Shown in pieces: positions 10,290 through 20,238 of a DNA stretch of 64,000 nt. The stretch's first letter is position 1. Every line of letters begins with the position of its first letter. The stretch spans positions 160,001-224,000 of the forward strand of contig CAVWPA010000003.1 of the NCBI GenBank assembly GCA_963756875.1. The letters are read 5' to 3'. The position numbers and the translations under genes are program-made. The notes under the pieces are model-generated. The model was given only the letters and a program-made list of their open reading frames with translations, made no database searches and was not told where the DNA came from. The DNA comes from an uncultured Verrucomicrobiae bacterium. Lineage in GTDB: Bacteria > Verrucomicrobiota > Verrucomicrobiia > Chthoniobacterales > UBA10450.

Positions 10290-11434
10290 GCGACTTATTC
10301 GCGGAGCAACTTCAGGCGCTCCGCGCGCGCGCGCTGGATCGGCACCTCCGCGAGATCGGCAGTGCACAAGGGCCAATTGTCGATCTTCCCGGCAAGCGCC
10401 TGGTCAATTTCTCTTCAAATGACTATCTGGGTCTCGCCAATGATCCCAAGTTGCGCGAGGCAGCCATCGCTGCGGTAAATGAATTCGGGGTGGGCGCGGG
10501 CGCTTCACGGTTGATCAGCGGAACGCAATCGCCACATCTGCGCCTGGAAAAAGCGCTGGCCGAATGGAAGGGAACCCAGGCCGCGCTCTGTTTCAGCAGC
10601 GGCTACGCCGCGGCAGTAGGCGCCTTGCCGGCGCTGGTGGCGAAGAGCGACGTCGTGCTGCTCGACAAATTATGTCACGCTTCTCTTATCGACGGCGCGA
10701 AGCTGAGCGGTGCAGTCCTGCGCGTCTTTCCGCACAATCACCTCGGGAAGCTTGAGAGCCATTTGGAATGGGCGCGCCACGAACATCCGGCCTCACGAAT
10801 TATCGTCGTCACCGAGTCGGTGTTTTCCATGGATGGGGACCGCGCGCCACTGCGGGATTTGATCGACTTAAAAAAGCGTTTTGGGGCGCTTTTGTTTCTC
10901 GATGAAGCCCACGCCGTCGGCGTAATCGGACCCAACGGACGTGGGCTTGCCGCGGAAGAAAATTTGACCGGCGAGGTCGACATCCAGATGGGCACACTCA
11001 GTAAGGCGCTGGGCGTCAGCGGCGGTTACATTTGCGGCCCAAGCAGTCTGATTGAATGGCTGATCAATCGCGCGCGCTCATTCATTTTCTCGACCGCACC
11101 GCCGCCCGCGCTCGCCGCAGCCGCGCTTGCAGCGCTCGATTTCGTCTCATCATCAGAGGGAGAAGAACGGCGCCGGGTTCTCTGGCGCAACATCGACTTG
11201 TTGGGCGATGCGCTCTCAACGAAGCCGGCCAGCGCCATCCTGCCGTGGATCGTAGGCGAAGAACAGGCCGCGCTCGACTTATCGAGAAATCTTCAAACGA
11301 AGGGATTTTTGGTCCCTGCGATTCGTTATCCGACCGTGGCCAAGGGCATGGCGCGTTTGCGCATTACGGTAACCGCAGCGCACGAAGAGGAACAGATTCG
11401 TTCGCTCGCTAAAGCAGTGAAACAACAGAGGTAG
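10286..11434 (+). CDS. bioF: 8-amino-7-oxononanoate synthase
   Basis: [41 protein letters not shown] overlap with the upstream gene. Confidence 0.93.
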   Translation: MSDLFAEQLQALRARALDRHLREIGSAQGPIVDLPGKRLVNFSSNDYLGLANDPKLREAAIAAVNEFGVGAGASRLISGTQSPHLRLEKALAEWKGTQAALCFSSGYAAAVGALPALVAKSDVVLLDKLCHASLIDGAKLSGAVLRVFPHNHLGKLESHLEWARHEHPASRIIVVTESVFSMDGDRAPLRDLIDLKKRFGALLFLDEAHAVGVIGPNGRGLAAEENLTGEVDIQMGTLSKALGVSGGYICGPSSLIEWLINRARSFIFSTAPPPALAAAALAALDFVSSSEGEERRRVLWRNIDLLGDALSTKPASAILPWIVGEEQAALDLSRNLQTKGFLVPAIRYPTVAKGMARLRITVTAAHEEEQIRSLAKAVKQQR

Positions 11435-11550
11435 AGACACCGCGCTGGGGCGTCCAGCCGGGTCCGAGCTCGCCACGGGACGAGTCCGTCCGGCTGGCGG
11501 ACCGGACTGGCACTTCAGCGCGCCGACCCTGCCAACAACCTGCTTCTAAC

Positions 11551-11817
11551 TCAGGGAGTCCGCGACGAGGCCCAGTAGCGAAGCAACGGTGTGGGCATGA
11601 GCGTCGGGTTGTGATTCACGTCGGTAGGCGCATCGGCCGGAACGTCCTCTGGGCCTTCCGCGGGTGGCGCCGGCTCCTCAGCCGCTGGCGCGGCGTTGGC
11701 GTACTTGGCCGTTAATCTTTGCTCCAACGTCTGATGTTGGGACGTGGTCATCGTGGTGGTCGAACAAGCTGAGAGCAGAGCAAGGCTGAGCAGGCAGATG
11801 GCAATTTTGATTTTCAT
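11551..11817 (-). CDS. Small hypothetical lipoprotein
   Basis: MKIKIAICLLSLALLSAC lipobox and a Pro/Ala-rich tail. GGAG upstream. Confidence 0.75.
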   Translation of the reverse strand: MKIKIAICLLSLALLSACSTTTMTTSQHQTLEQRLTAKYANAAPAAEEPAPPAEGPEDVPADAPTDVNHNPTLMPTPLLRYWASSRTP

Positions 11818-11910
11818 TCGTTGAACTCCGTTATGCGGGTAAAGGGTCCGGTTTTCTTCCGGTCTCTTATAATTACTATAATCCCCCTTCGAAAGGCAAG
11901 TACTTTTTTT

Positions 11911-12069
11911 GGCCTGCTGGACCACCCGCACTCGCTGGTAATCAACCCTGGCAAAGCCCAGGGCTGGAACCGAAGAGCTGACCCTCACCTCCATCCTCTG
12001 TCTCAGGGAGAGGATGATCCGGCAGCCGCCGGACCAGGTGAGGCCAGGTTCAGACCACTCTCTCGAGGC
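11911..12069 (-). ncRNA. Candidate structured RNA (unassigned)
   Basis: Nested stems CCTCACCT/AGGTGAGG, TCCGGC/GCCGGA, CATCCTCT/AGAGGATG and CAGCCCTGG/CCAGGGTTG. G-U pairs favour the minus strand. Confidence 0.45.
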
Positions 12070-12083
12070 AAAAATTAGCAACG

Positions 12084-12953
12084 CTAATTAAATCGCGCTA
12101 AAATCGGCCCCAGTCGCTCCCTCGTGTCAGCCGGCCAGAGCTTCTGCTCGGTCACCAAAGCCGCGTCCAATGCGGAGTGCTCGGGCCAGTTCGGCTCCTT
12201 CGGCAAACGGGGAATTATGTCCAGAATCACTTTTTTCGCGTTCTCGGCGTTGGCCATCAAATGACCGATTACCGCCTGGGCGGAGACCGGTTCCTCCTCC
12301 ACTTTCCAACAATCGTAATCGGTGATCATCGCCATGCTGGCCAGCGCGATCTCCGCTTCCCGCGCCAGCTTCGCCTCCGGGAGGTTCGTCATCCCGACCA
12401 CGTCGAAGCCGTTGCGGCGATTGAAATCCGATTCAGCCCGGCTCGAAAAGGCCGGTCCATCGATGTTTACATAAGTCCCGCCGTTGTGAACGGGGAGGCC
12501 GAGCGAACCCGCTGACTTCGCCAGGAGATTTCGCAGGTTCGTGCTAATCGGTTCCGCAAATGAAATATGGGCCACGATCCCGTCTCCAAAAAAAGTGTGA
12601 CCGGCGCACAAGCTGGTTCGATCGTAAAATTGCGACGGCAACAAAATGTCCCGTGGCGCGTATTTTTCCTGCAAACTGCCCACCGCAGTCACGCAAATGA
12701 TCCAACGCACGTTCAGCGAACGCAGCGCATAGATATTGGCCCGGTGATTCAGCTCGTGAGGTAAAATGCGGTGGCCGCGGCCGTGTCTCGGCAAAAAATA
12801 CACCTGCCGTCCGCCAAGCGTCCCGCCGATTAATGCGTCGGATGGAGAGCCGAATGGAGTATCGACGCGATGCTCGGTTGGGTCGCGCAGTTGTTCCACC
12901 TGGTACAACCCGCTCCCGCCGATGATACCGATCGCCGGAATTTTATTCTTCAT
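12084..12953 (-). CDS. mtnP: S-methyl-5'-thioadenosine phosphorylase
   Basis: IGIIGGSGLY, FLPRHG, VGMTNLPEAKLAREAE, TDYDCW. Confidence 0.95.
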   Translation of the reverse strand: MKNKIPAIGIIGGSGLYQVEQLRDPTEHRVDTPFGSPSDALIGGTLGGRQVYFLPRHGRGHRILPHELNHRANIYALRSLNVRWIICVTAVGSLQEKYAPRDILLPSQFYDRTSLCAGHTFFGDGIVAHISFAEPISTNLRNLLAKSAGSLGLPVHNGGTYVNIDGPAFSSRAESDFNRRNGFDVVGMTNLPEAKLAREAEIALASMAMITDYDCWKVEEEPVSAQAVIGHLMANAENAKKVILDIIPRLPKEPNWPEHSALDAALVTEQKLWPADTRERLGPILARFN

Positions 12954-13164
12954 TTCCAAAACCTTCGGAATTAAATCCGAAATATCGTTAAGTTGAAAAG
13001 AGGATAATCTGCTTTGGCAAAATCCCCGGCAGTGTTGACCTACGCAACCGGAAACCGCTGTTGATTGGGGATTGCGCGCGTAAAACGAGAGACAACCGGA
13101 ACGCAACGAATTTTCGGTCTGTCCCTATTGTATTGGACATCACTCGTGTATTATTTCGCCGCCC

Positions 13165-14601
13165 ATGCCGACGTTCTATATAAAGACCTACGGCTGCCAG
13201 ATGAACGAGCGCGACTCGGAACAGGTCGCGCATTCGCTCGCCCTGCGCGGCTACGAGCGCGTGGAAAGCGAGGCCGAAGCCGATGTCGTGTTGCTCAATA
13301 CTTGCAGCGTCCGCGACATGGCGGACCAGAAGGCGCTCGGCAAAATGGGCATGCTTGGCCGCATTGCAAGGGAACGGCCTCACATGGTGTTCGGTTTCCT
13401 CGGTTGCATGGCCCAGACCCGCGGCAAGGCGTTGCTGGAAGGCTTGCCACACGTCGATCTTGTCGTCGGTACCCAAAAATTTCATCACGTTGCCGACTAC
13501 GTGGAACAAATTATCGCGCGAAAGAATGGAGAGGCGCTGAACGGACGCCGCAGCGCGGCGTCCCTGCCAATGGACGATCCGCGCTTCTCGATCGTCGATG
13601 TTTCGGAAGAAGGCGGCTCGCAATCGACAATCCTCGAACAAGAACTTGCGCCCCGGCAGGCAACGGCATTCGTGTCGATCATGCAGGGATGCAACATGCA
13701 TTGCACGTTTTGCATCGTTCCCCAAACGCGTGGCGCAGAGCGCAGCCGGTCAATCGCAGAAATTGTGCGCGAAGTGCGTGACCTGGTTTCGCGCGGCGTA
13801 AAGGAAGTCACACTTCTGGGCCAGATCGTGAACCTGTACGGCCGCCATGAGTTTGCTGTAACCGGAGTCGGCGATCCCAGCCGCAAAAAGAGTCCCTTTG
13901 TGCAACTCCTCGAAGCCGTCCATGAAATAGACGGCCTCGAGCGGCTTCGTTTCACTTCGCCACATCCAATTGGCTTTCGCAGCGATTTGATCGATGCCTT
14001 CGCGCGATTGCCAAAGCTGGCGGAACACGTTCACCTGCCGCTGCAATCCGGTTCGAACAAAATTTTGAGGGCGATGCACCGCGCTTACACCGTAGAAAAA
14101 TATGTCGATCTGGTGCGAAGAATCCGCCAGGCCCGGGACGGAATCGCGATGACGACCGATATCATTGTGGGGTTTCCGGGCGAAACGAAAGCCGATTACC
14201 GGCAGACCCGCGACCTGGTCGAGCAGGTCCGGTTCGATAATGCATTTGTGTTCCGCTATTCACCCCGACGCGACACGCCGGCTGCGACGATGTCCGGTCA
14301 AATTCCCGAGCGAGTGAAAGAACAGCGTAATCGCGATTTGCTTGAAGTCGTGGATGACGCGGCCCGGCGAAAGAATGAGGAACTGGTCAATCGAGAGGTC
14401 GAGATTCTTTGCGAAGGCCCCAGCAAAACAAATCCGGCGCGCCTGATGGGCCGCACACGCACAAACAAAATCGTCATCTTCGAAGGCGGCGATGAACACG
14501 TTGGGCAACTCGTCGACGTCCGGATTCAACGAGCAACCGGCTTCAGCCTTTACGGGACGCCAGTTGCGCAACCGCAAACGCCCGCGACAATCGCCGCATG
14601 A
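13165..14601 (+). CDS. miaB: tRNA-2-methylthio-N6-dimethylallyladenosine synthase
   Basis: TYGCQMNERDSE, NTCSVR, CNMHCTFC radical SAM motif, C-terminal TRAM domain. Confidence 0.97.
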   Translation: MPTFYIKTYGCQMNERDSEQVAHSLALRGYERVESEAEADVVLLNTCSVRDMADQKALGKMGMLGRIARERPHMVFGFLGCMAQTRGKALLEGLPHVDLVVGTQKFHHVADYVEQIIARKNGEALNGRRSAASLPMDDPRFSIVDVSEEGGSQSTILEQELAPRQATAFVSIMQGCNMHCTFCIVPQTRGAERSRSIAEIVREVRDLVSRGVKEVTLLGQIVNLYGRHEFAVTGVGDPSRKKSPFVQLLEAVHEIDGLERLRFTSPHPIGFRSDLIDAFARLPKLAEHVHLPLQSGSNKILRAMHRAYTVEKYVDLVRRIRQARDGIAMTTDIIVGFPGETKADYRQTRDLVEQVRFDNAFVFRYSPRRDTPAATMSGQIPERVKEQRNRDLLEVVDDAARRKNEELVNREVEILCEGPSKTNPARLMGRTRTNKIVIFEGGDEHVGQLVDVRIQRATGFSLYGTPVAQPQTPATIAA

Positions 14602-15149
14602 TCTACCATTTGTCTTTGCAGGCGGCCGGAATTATCGCGGGGGCATTTCTCGTGTTGGCCGGGCTGCCGGGGTTGTTCCGACCGGAAATGGTCCAGGGCC
14701 TGGCAAAACGTCTGCCGCGCTCTCGACTCGCCGGCGTTACTTTGCTGACCATCGATCTGGTCTGGGGCTTTTGGTTGCTCTCCACAATGGAGATGGGAGA
14801 ATTCGCGAGCTTTCGCCGGCCGCTGCTTATCGCGCTGCCGGTCGGTTATTTCCTCGTCATTCGTTTCGTAGACGAGTTCATCGCCGTGCGGGCGCTTGGG
14901 ATCCTTTGCTTGCTCGCCGCCGAGCCGCTGCTCGATGCCGCTTTTTTTCGCTACGAACCGAGCCGCCTGTTTGTCACGGCTTTCGCCTACTTGCTCGTCA
15001 TTGCCGGACTTTTCTGGGTGACAATGCCGTATTTGCTGCGCGACCAGATCGGGTGGAGCGCCCGGAGCAACACCCGCTGGCGAATCGTGCATGGCGCGGC
15101 GGTTGGTTACGGCGTCGTCATTCTCGCGCTCGCGTTCACGCTATATTGA
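14598..15149 (+). CDS. Hypothetical integral membrane protein
   Basis: Several hydrophobic segments. ATGA overlap with miaB. Confidence 0.8.
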   Translation: MIYHLSLQAAGIIAGAFLVLAGLPGLFRPEMVQGLAKRLPRSRLAGVTLLTIDLVWGFWLLSTMEMGEFASFRRPLLIALPVGYFLVIRFVDEFIAVRALGILCLLAAEPLLDAAFFRYEPSRLFVTAFAYLLVIAGLFWVTMPYLLRDQIGWSARSNTRWRIVHGAAVGYGVVILALAFTLY

Positions 15150-15220
15150 CCCCGCAGCGGCCGCCCTCCCGGCGGCGCATACCGCTTTGCCGCTGAGGAC
15201 AGCGGCCCCTGCAGAAAGAG

Positions 15221-16216
15221 ATGAATCGGATTCTTGTCATTCGCGGCGGTGCCATCGGCGATTTTATTCTCACGCTGCCGGCGCTCAAGGCGCTGCGCGA
15301 CGCTCACCCGGACGCACACATCGAAGTCCTTGGCTACAAGCACGTGGCCGTGATTGCCGAGAACCGATTTTATGCGCAGGCGATCCGCTCCATCGAGTAC
15401 GGGCCGCTTTCCGGCTTTTTCGCAAACAATTCAGATCTGTCGCCAGAACTCGCCGACTATTTCTCCAGCTTCGATCTGGTCATCAGTTATCTTTACGATC
15501 CGGACAAAATTTTTGAGAACAACCTTCGACGATGCGGCGTCCAAAAAATCTTGTGCGGACCCGGGAGAATCGGCAACAACGTGCACGCAGCTGAGCAGCT
15601 TGCCGCGCCGATAAAGCAGTTGGGAATAGAAGTTGCCGATTTGTCGGCGAATTTTGTAGCGTCCGAGCAGGATCGACAGTTCGCGCACGACTTCGTTCGC
15701 AACTTACCGCATCCGATTCTCGCGATCCATCCGGGAAGCGGCAGCGACCAAAAAAATTGGCCGATCGAAAATTGGGTCCAGCTTGGGAATGACTGGCTCG
15801 GCAGGACGGGATCTTCCTTGATCGTTGTTGCGGGTGAAGCTGACGATGCGTCACGCGCACGCCTTGAACGTGAATGGGCGCACCATCAGAACGTGCGTTT
15901 CGCCAGAAACCTGCCGCTGCCTGCGCTTGCCGCCGTTCTGGAACATTCAGTTTTTATCGGACACGACGGCGGCATCTCGCATCTCGCCGCAGCCGGAGGT
16001 GCCGATTGCATTTTGCTGTTCGGTCCGACCGATCCGGAAATTTGGGCGCCGCGAAATAAAAATGTTCGGGTGATACGCAGCAACGGCGGCAAGATCGACG
16101 ATCTGCAGGTTCGAGATGTTAAAGAAGCGCTGGAAATGCTGTTGATGAAGCGCAACCAAAGCGTTTCCAGCGTGACGCGGGATGCGACGAGAGGTTCCTC
16201 GCTCCGCTCGGAATGA
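15221..16216 (+). CDS. Glycosyltransferase family 9 (LPS heptosyltransferase-like)
   Basis: ILVIRGGAIGDFIL, IHPGSGS..KNW, FIGHDGGISHLAAA, LFGPTDP. Confidence 0.92.
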   Translation: MNRILVIRGGAIGDFILTLPALKALRDAHPDAHIEVLGYKHVAVIAENRFYAQAIRSIEYGPLSGFFANNSDLSPELADYFSSFDLVISYLYDPDKIFENNLRRCGVQKILCGPGRIGNNVHAAEQLAAPIKQLGIEVADLSANFVASEQDRQFAHDFVRNLPHPILAIHPGSGSDQKNWPIENWVQLGNDWLGRTGSSLIVVAGEADDASRARLEREWAHHQNVRFARNLPLPALAAVLEHSVFIGHDGGISHLAAAGGADCILLFGPTDPEIWAPRNKNVRVIRSNGGKIDDLQVRDVKEALEMLLMKRNQSVSSVTRDATRGSSLRSE

Positions 16217-16311
16217 CACGCGCGCTCCCGTGACGCGACCAAATCGCAGGGCAACCGCACCCTTTACCGATGAAAGGTCGGCAGGCGGAGCGCCCGCCCC
16301 ATAATTGATTT

Positions 16312-17409
16312 TTACGCGCTGATGCGCATGGGCATGAGCACGTACAGAAATGGTGTCTGTATTTTCAGAACGCCCGGGCTCATCTCGTCAATAAGATCCA
16401 GAAAGACTTCGTCCTCGGCGAGGTTCCGCAACGGCGCCATCAAAAACTCGGGATTGAAGGCGATCGAAAATTCGCGGCCTTTGTACTGAACGGGCAATGA
16501 TTCCTTCGCTTCGCCGACTTCCGGCGTGTTGGCAGTGATGTCGATGTTGTTCTTGGTGAAATTGAGCTTGATCGAGTTGGACTTGTCGCTGGCCAGCAAC
16601 GAAACGCGACGGAGGGAATTCAGGAATGTTTCCCGCTCCAGCGTAACGCGTTCCTTCGTTTCCGCCGGGATCACCTGTTTGTAATTTGGATAATTACCTT
16701 CGATCAATTTCGAAACGAGCAGCGTTTTGTTCAGATCGAAGGCGATTTGCCCGGAGCCGACGCTTACTTTCACGTCGCCATCGTCCGTGAGGAGCCGTTG
16801 CAGTTCGGTTACCGCCTTGGTCGGGACGATAATGTCGGTTTCGTGGCTGCGCGGAAACTCCAGCTCGATGTCCACCATGGCCAGTCTCCGGCCATCGGTC
16901 GCCACCAATATGAGCTTGTTGTCCTTAAAACTGAATAGAACGCCGTTGAGAACGTAGCGCGTTTCATCCGTCGAGATGGCGTAGGCGGTTTTGCGCAGGC
17001 CATCGCGCAAATCCTTCTGGCGCATCGTGACAATCTTGGCGTTTTCGAATTTCGGAAGGGGCGGAAATTCTTCCTCCGGCAAACCAAGAATCTTGAAGAA
17101 ACTCTGCCCGCTGCGGATGGAAGCGGTATTCTTCCCATCCACATCGACCTGGATTTCGCTGGAGGGCAGCTCGCGTACGATATTGAAAAGACGCCGGGCC
17201 GGCAGGGTAGTCGCACCTTCTTTTTCCACCTGAGCTTCGAAACTTCCGCGCACGCCGACGTCGAGGTCGGTGGTGGTGAGATGCACTTCGCCGCCGTTTG
17301 CCTGGAGCAGCACGTTCGAAAGGATGGGCAACGTCGTTCGTGTACTGACTACATTTTGAACCTGTTGCAGGCCTTCGAGCAGTTTTTCTTTCGTAGCGAT
17401 AAATTTCAT
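16312..17409 (-). CDS. dnaN: DNA polymerase III beta clamp
   Basis: LPILSNVLL, TTDLD, DETRYVLNG, ATDGRRL, LIEGNYPNY, LMPMR. Confidence 0.98.
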   Translation of the reverse strand: MKFIATKEKLLEGLQQVQNVVSTRTTLPILSNVLLQANGGEVHLTTTDLDVGVRGSFEAQVEKEGATTLPARRLFNIVRELPSSEIQVDVDGKNTASIRSGQSFFKILGLPEEEFPPLPKFENAKIVTMRQKDLRDGLRKTAYAISTDETRYVLNGVLFSFKDNKLILVATDGRRLAMVDIELEFPRSHETDIIVPTKAVTELQRLLTDDGDVKVSVGSGQIAFDLNKTLLVSKLIEGNYPNYKQVIPAETKERVTLERETFLNSLRRVSLLASDKSNSIKLNFTKNNIDITANTPEVGEAKESLPVQYKGREFSIAFNPEFLMAPLRNLAEDEVFLDLIDEMSPGVLKIQTPFLYVLMPMRISA

Positions 17410-17497
17410 AACGAGAGAAGCGCCTAAGATGTAAAGCCTCCGATTTTATTCGGCAACCGTAAAGTCACATCGGGCAGCTGGGATGGCAGTTGCACTC

Positions 17498-18853
17498 TCA
17501 GCGTTGTAGCGAGCTGTCGATAAAGGAAACGGTCTGGCGAACGTTGTCTTCATCCTTCATCCTCCTCTTCACCAGCTTGCAGGCGTGCAAGACCGTGCCG
17601 TGATCGCGTCCGCCAAACGCATCGCCAATTTCGTTGAGCGACATTTTGGTCAGCTCGCGCGCAAGGTACATCGCCACCTGGCGCGGGAAAGCGATATTGG
17701 CCGGGCGACGTTTGCTTGTCATGTCGGCCAGGCGCACGTCGAAATGCTCCGCCACGCGCCGTTGGATTTGCTCGATGGTAACGGAGTGTCGCGCCTCCTC
17801 CTGCAGAATGTCCTTTAAAAGACGCTCGATGACGTCACGCGTGAGCTCCTTGCCGCTGATTGAAGCGAAAGAGGCCACGCGCAGCAGCGCCCCCTCCAGG
17901 CGACGCACGTTGGTGCGAATGCGGTTCGCCAGAAATTCAAAAACTTCGTCCGGCAATTTCACCTGCATCGTGCGCGCTTTCTTCCGAAGAATCGCAAGGC
18001 GCGTCTCAACGTCCGGCGGCTGAAGCTCGGCCGTCAGTCCCCATTCAAAGCGGGAGACCAGCCGTTGCTCGAGATTGGCAATTTCGGACGCCGGACGATC
18101 GCTCGAGAGCACAATCTGTTTATGTCCGTCGAAGAGGGTGTTGAACGTGTGAAAAAATTCCTCCTGCGAACGTTCCTTGCCGCTTAGGAACTGGATGTCG
18201 TCGATGAGCAAAAGATCGGCCTGTCGGTAGCGTTTGCGAAACTTGACCAGATTACTGTGCTGGATGGCGTCGATGAATTCGTTAATGAAAAGCTCGCTCG
18301 AGAGATAAATGACCTTCGTATTTTTCTTTTTCGCCAGGACATACTGTCCGATTGCCTGCATCAGGTGCGTCTTGCCCAGGCCGACGCCGCCATAAACAAA
18401 AAGCGGGTTGTAGGTTCGCGCAGGTGCTTGCGCCACGGCCAGGCTCGCCGCATGCGCGATCTCGTTGTTCGGGCCAACGACGAAAGATTCGAATGTATTG
18501 CGCGGATTCAGCCCAGGAGCGGCACCAGAGGATTTGTTCGCGCGAACCGGGTCCGGTGTTTTCAGGGCGCTCGTTTTCTCAGGAATGAGCTCGCCCATCG
18601 GCTCGGACGGCGAAACGAATTTTACCTCGCGCGGTCCGCCAAAAACGTCGGCGATGGCTGTCTGTAATGCGGCCATATGGTTACTCTCAATCCAGTATTG
18701 GTAGATGTTGTTAGGGACACGAAAGGTAAAGGCGTCCTCAGATGCGTCGACTAATTCGAGGGCGGAAAACCAGCGCTTAAATGTGTCGCTGCTGACCTGC
18801 GGCTGTAATGCCGAGGACAGTTTCTGCCAAAGCTCCGCACACTTTTCGTCCAT
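17498..18853 (-). CDS. dnaA: Chromosomal replication initiator DnaA
   Basis: YNPLFVYGGVGLGKTHL, LLIDDIQF, QEEFFHTFN, FGGRDHGTV. Start MDEKCAELW. Confidence 0.98.
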   Translation of the reverse strand: MDEKCAELWQKLSSALQPQVSSDTFKRWFSALELVDASEDAFTFRVPNNIYQYWIESNHMAALQTAIADVFGGPREVKFVSPSEPMGELIPEKTSALKTPDPVRANKSSGAAPGLNPRNTFESFVVGPNNEIAHAASLAVAQAPARTYNPLFVYGGVGLGKTHLMQAIGQYVLAKKKNTKVIYLSSELFINEFIDAIQHSNLVKFRKRYRQADLLLIDDIQFLSGKERSQEEFFHTFNTLFDGHKQIVLSSDRPASEIANLEQRLVSRFEWGLTAELQPPDVETRLAILRKKARTMQVKLPDEVFEFLANRIRTNVRRLEGALLRVASFASISGKELTRDVIERLLKDILQEEARHSVTIEQIQRRVAEHFDVRLADMTSKRRPANIAFPRQVAMYLARELTKMSLNEIGDAFGGRDHGTVLHACKLVKRRMKDEDNVRQTVSFIDSSLQR

Positions 18854-19120
18854 ACTTGTTAACAGCGTTACACAATTGCCACAAAGGCGCGCAACGAGGG
18901 GAAATGGCTCGTGAATGCCGCGTTGCACCATGGCTGGCAAGTGCGATAGGTAGCTGGGAAATGGCTCAAAAAATTGCGCAAATCACGGAAATACGAGGGG
19001 AAATCCGCCTTTGCGCATCGCAGACATTGCGCGCTCGCGGCAAGATCAAGATATTGTCCAGAGAGGCGCGTCAGTAGGGTCAAGGCATCGGTCATTCTCA
19101 CGAATCAATTTTTCTCAGAA

Positions 19121-19140
19121 ATGTTCACATCTTATTCACA
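19121..19140 (+). promoter_or_regulatory. Putative DnaA box(es) upstream of dnaA
   Basis: TTATTCACA at 19132-19140 fits TTATNCACA. Degenerate ATGTTCACA directly upstream. Confidence 0.5.
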
Positions 19141-19267
19141 TCCCGTCCGTTTTCTCCCTGCCAGCGGCTCGAGATTAGAAACCGCGTGCGGAATCGACAA
19201 GACAAAATCTGAATTTTATTTTCGCGCGCTGATAAAAAAATCTTGACTGAAAAAGCAATTGGATATC

Positions 19268-19365
19268 GCCCCAAGCACGCGGCAGTAAAACGGTGAACGC
19301 GTACACGCAGACGAGTCGAAAGACTCCGGTAAGTTGACCAGGTTTGGGCATGCGCACATTTTTTT
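19268..19365 (+). ncRNA. Candidate small structured RNA or 5' leader (unassigned)
   Basis: Closing stem GCCCCAAGC/GTTTGGGC, ACGCG/CGCGT, GAGTC-GAAA-GACTC GNRA hairpin, T7 run. TTGACT at 19243. Confidence 0.4.
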
Positions 19366-19387
19366 CTGCCAATAAATCGCCGTGACC

Positions 19388-19903
19388 ATGCGGATTTTGT
19401 TTCCCTTATTTCTGTTTGCTCTGACCGTTTCCGCCGCGCAGGCTGCCGAAGAATTGCTGCCACCTTTCGGTTTTCGTTGGAACGATCCAATGTCGCGAGT
19501 GGAAGCGGTGCTCAAGGGAGCCAAGGCCCATGTCGTTTCGCGCCAGAAAAAAGAGAACCGCGAAATCTGGACAGTCGAAGGCTTGGTCCATCCCGGTTTG
19601 AAGCGCACGCTTTTCACGTTCAAGGGGGGCGCGCTCTTCGGCGTAGAGTTGCAGTACGAATATCCAAACTGGACAATCGAAAGGTACAACGAGCGGATGG
19701 GAGAAATTCGCCGATACTTCGACGCCAAATACGGCATTGGGAAACTCGTCTCCCGCACGCGCGACACAGACACCGACGTCATTCAGACGCTGGTCGGTTA
19801 CCAGTGGATGATCGGCGCAACGATGCTGGAGCTGTTTTATTTCTCAGCGCAGCACGATTCGCTCATTTATCGGACGATTTCTGTCGATTACAAAGCATTG
19901 TAG
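19388..19903 (+). CDS. Hypothetical exported protein
   Basis: Signal peptide MRILFPLFLFALTVSAAQA. Confidence 0.8.
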   Translation: MRILFPLFLFALTVSAAQAAEELLPPFGFRWNDPMSRVEAVLKGAKAHVVSRQKKENREIWTVEGLVHPGLKRTLFTFKGGALFGVELQYEYPNWTIERYNERMGEIRRYFDAKYGIGKLVSRTRDTDTDVIQTLVGYQWMIGATMLELFYFSAQHDSLIYRTISVDYKAL

Positions 19904-20053
19904 CGCTGCTACTCTCCCGTAGCCGCTTCGCTCTGCGAAGCCCGACACCGGGCGCGTCGGCTGCCCACGCGTCGCGCCGCCCGGAGGTCGGCGTCCCGCT
20001 GGCCGACACTCTGGCCGGCCAACGAATCCTCGTTTCCTTCCGCGACCAGCCAA

Positions 20054-20190
20054 TTGTAGGGCGTTGATTCGCTTTTTCCCAAAAAGCTCGCCCTGTCGGG
20101 CCTTCCCGTCTATGTCGCTCGCGTCCCTGCGGCTCCATTCTGCGAGACGCCATCTGCGCTAAACCGGCGACTGACACAGTCGCCCTACAA
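20054..20190. repeat. GTAG-type palindromic element
   Basis: Terminal inverted repeats TTGTAGGGCG / CGCCCTACAA between convergent genes. Confidence 0.7.
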
Positions 20191-20238
20191 AGTCTGCATT
20201 GAACGTCTTCCAAGTAAGCGATCAGGCGGAGGCGACCT

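Noticed and set aside
11818..12081. Upstream extension of the lipoprotein ORF and the 85-aa plus-strand ORF
   Set aside because: The lipobox signal starts at 11817. The region is better explained as promoter plus structured RNA.
19125..19490. Short ORFs upstream of dnaA considered as rpmH
   Set aside because: No MKRT.QP-like L34 sequence was found in the frames examined.
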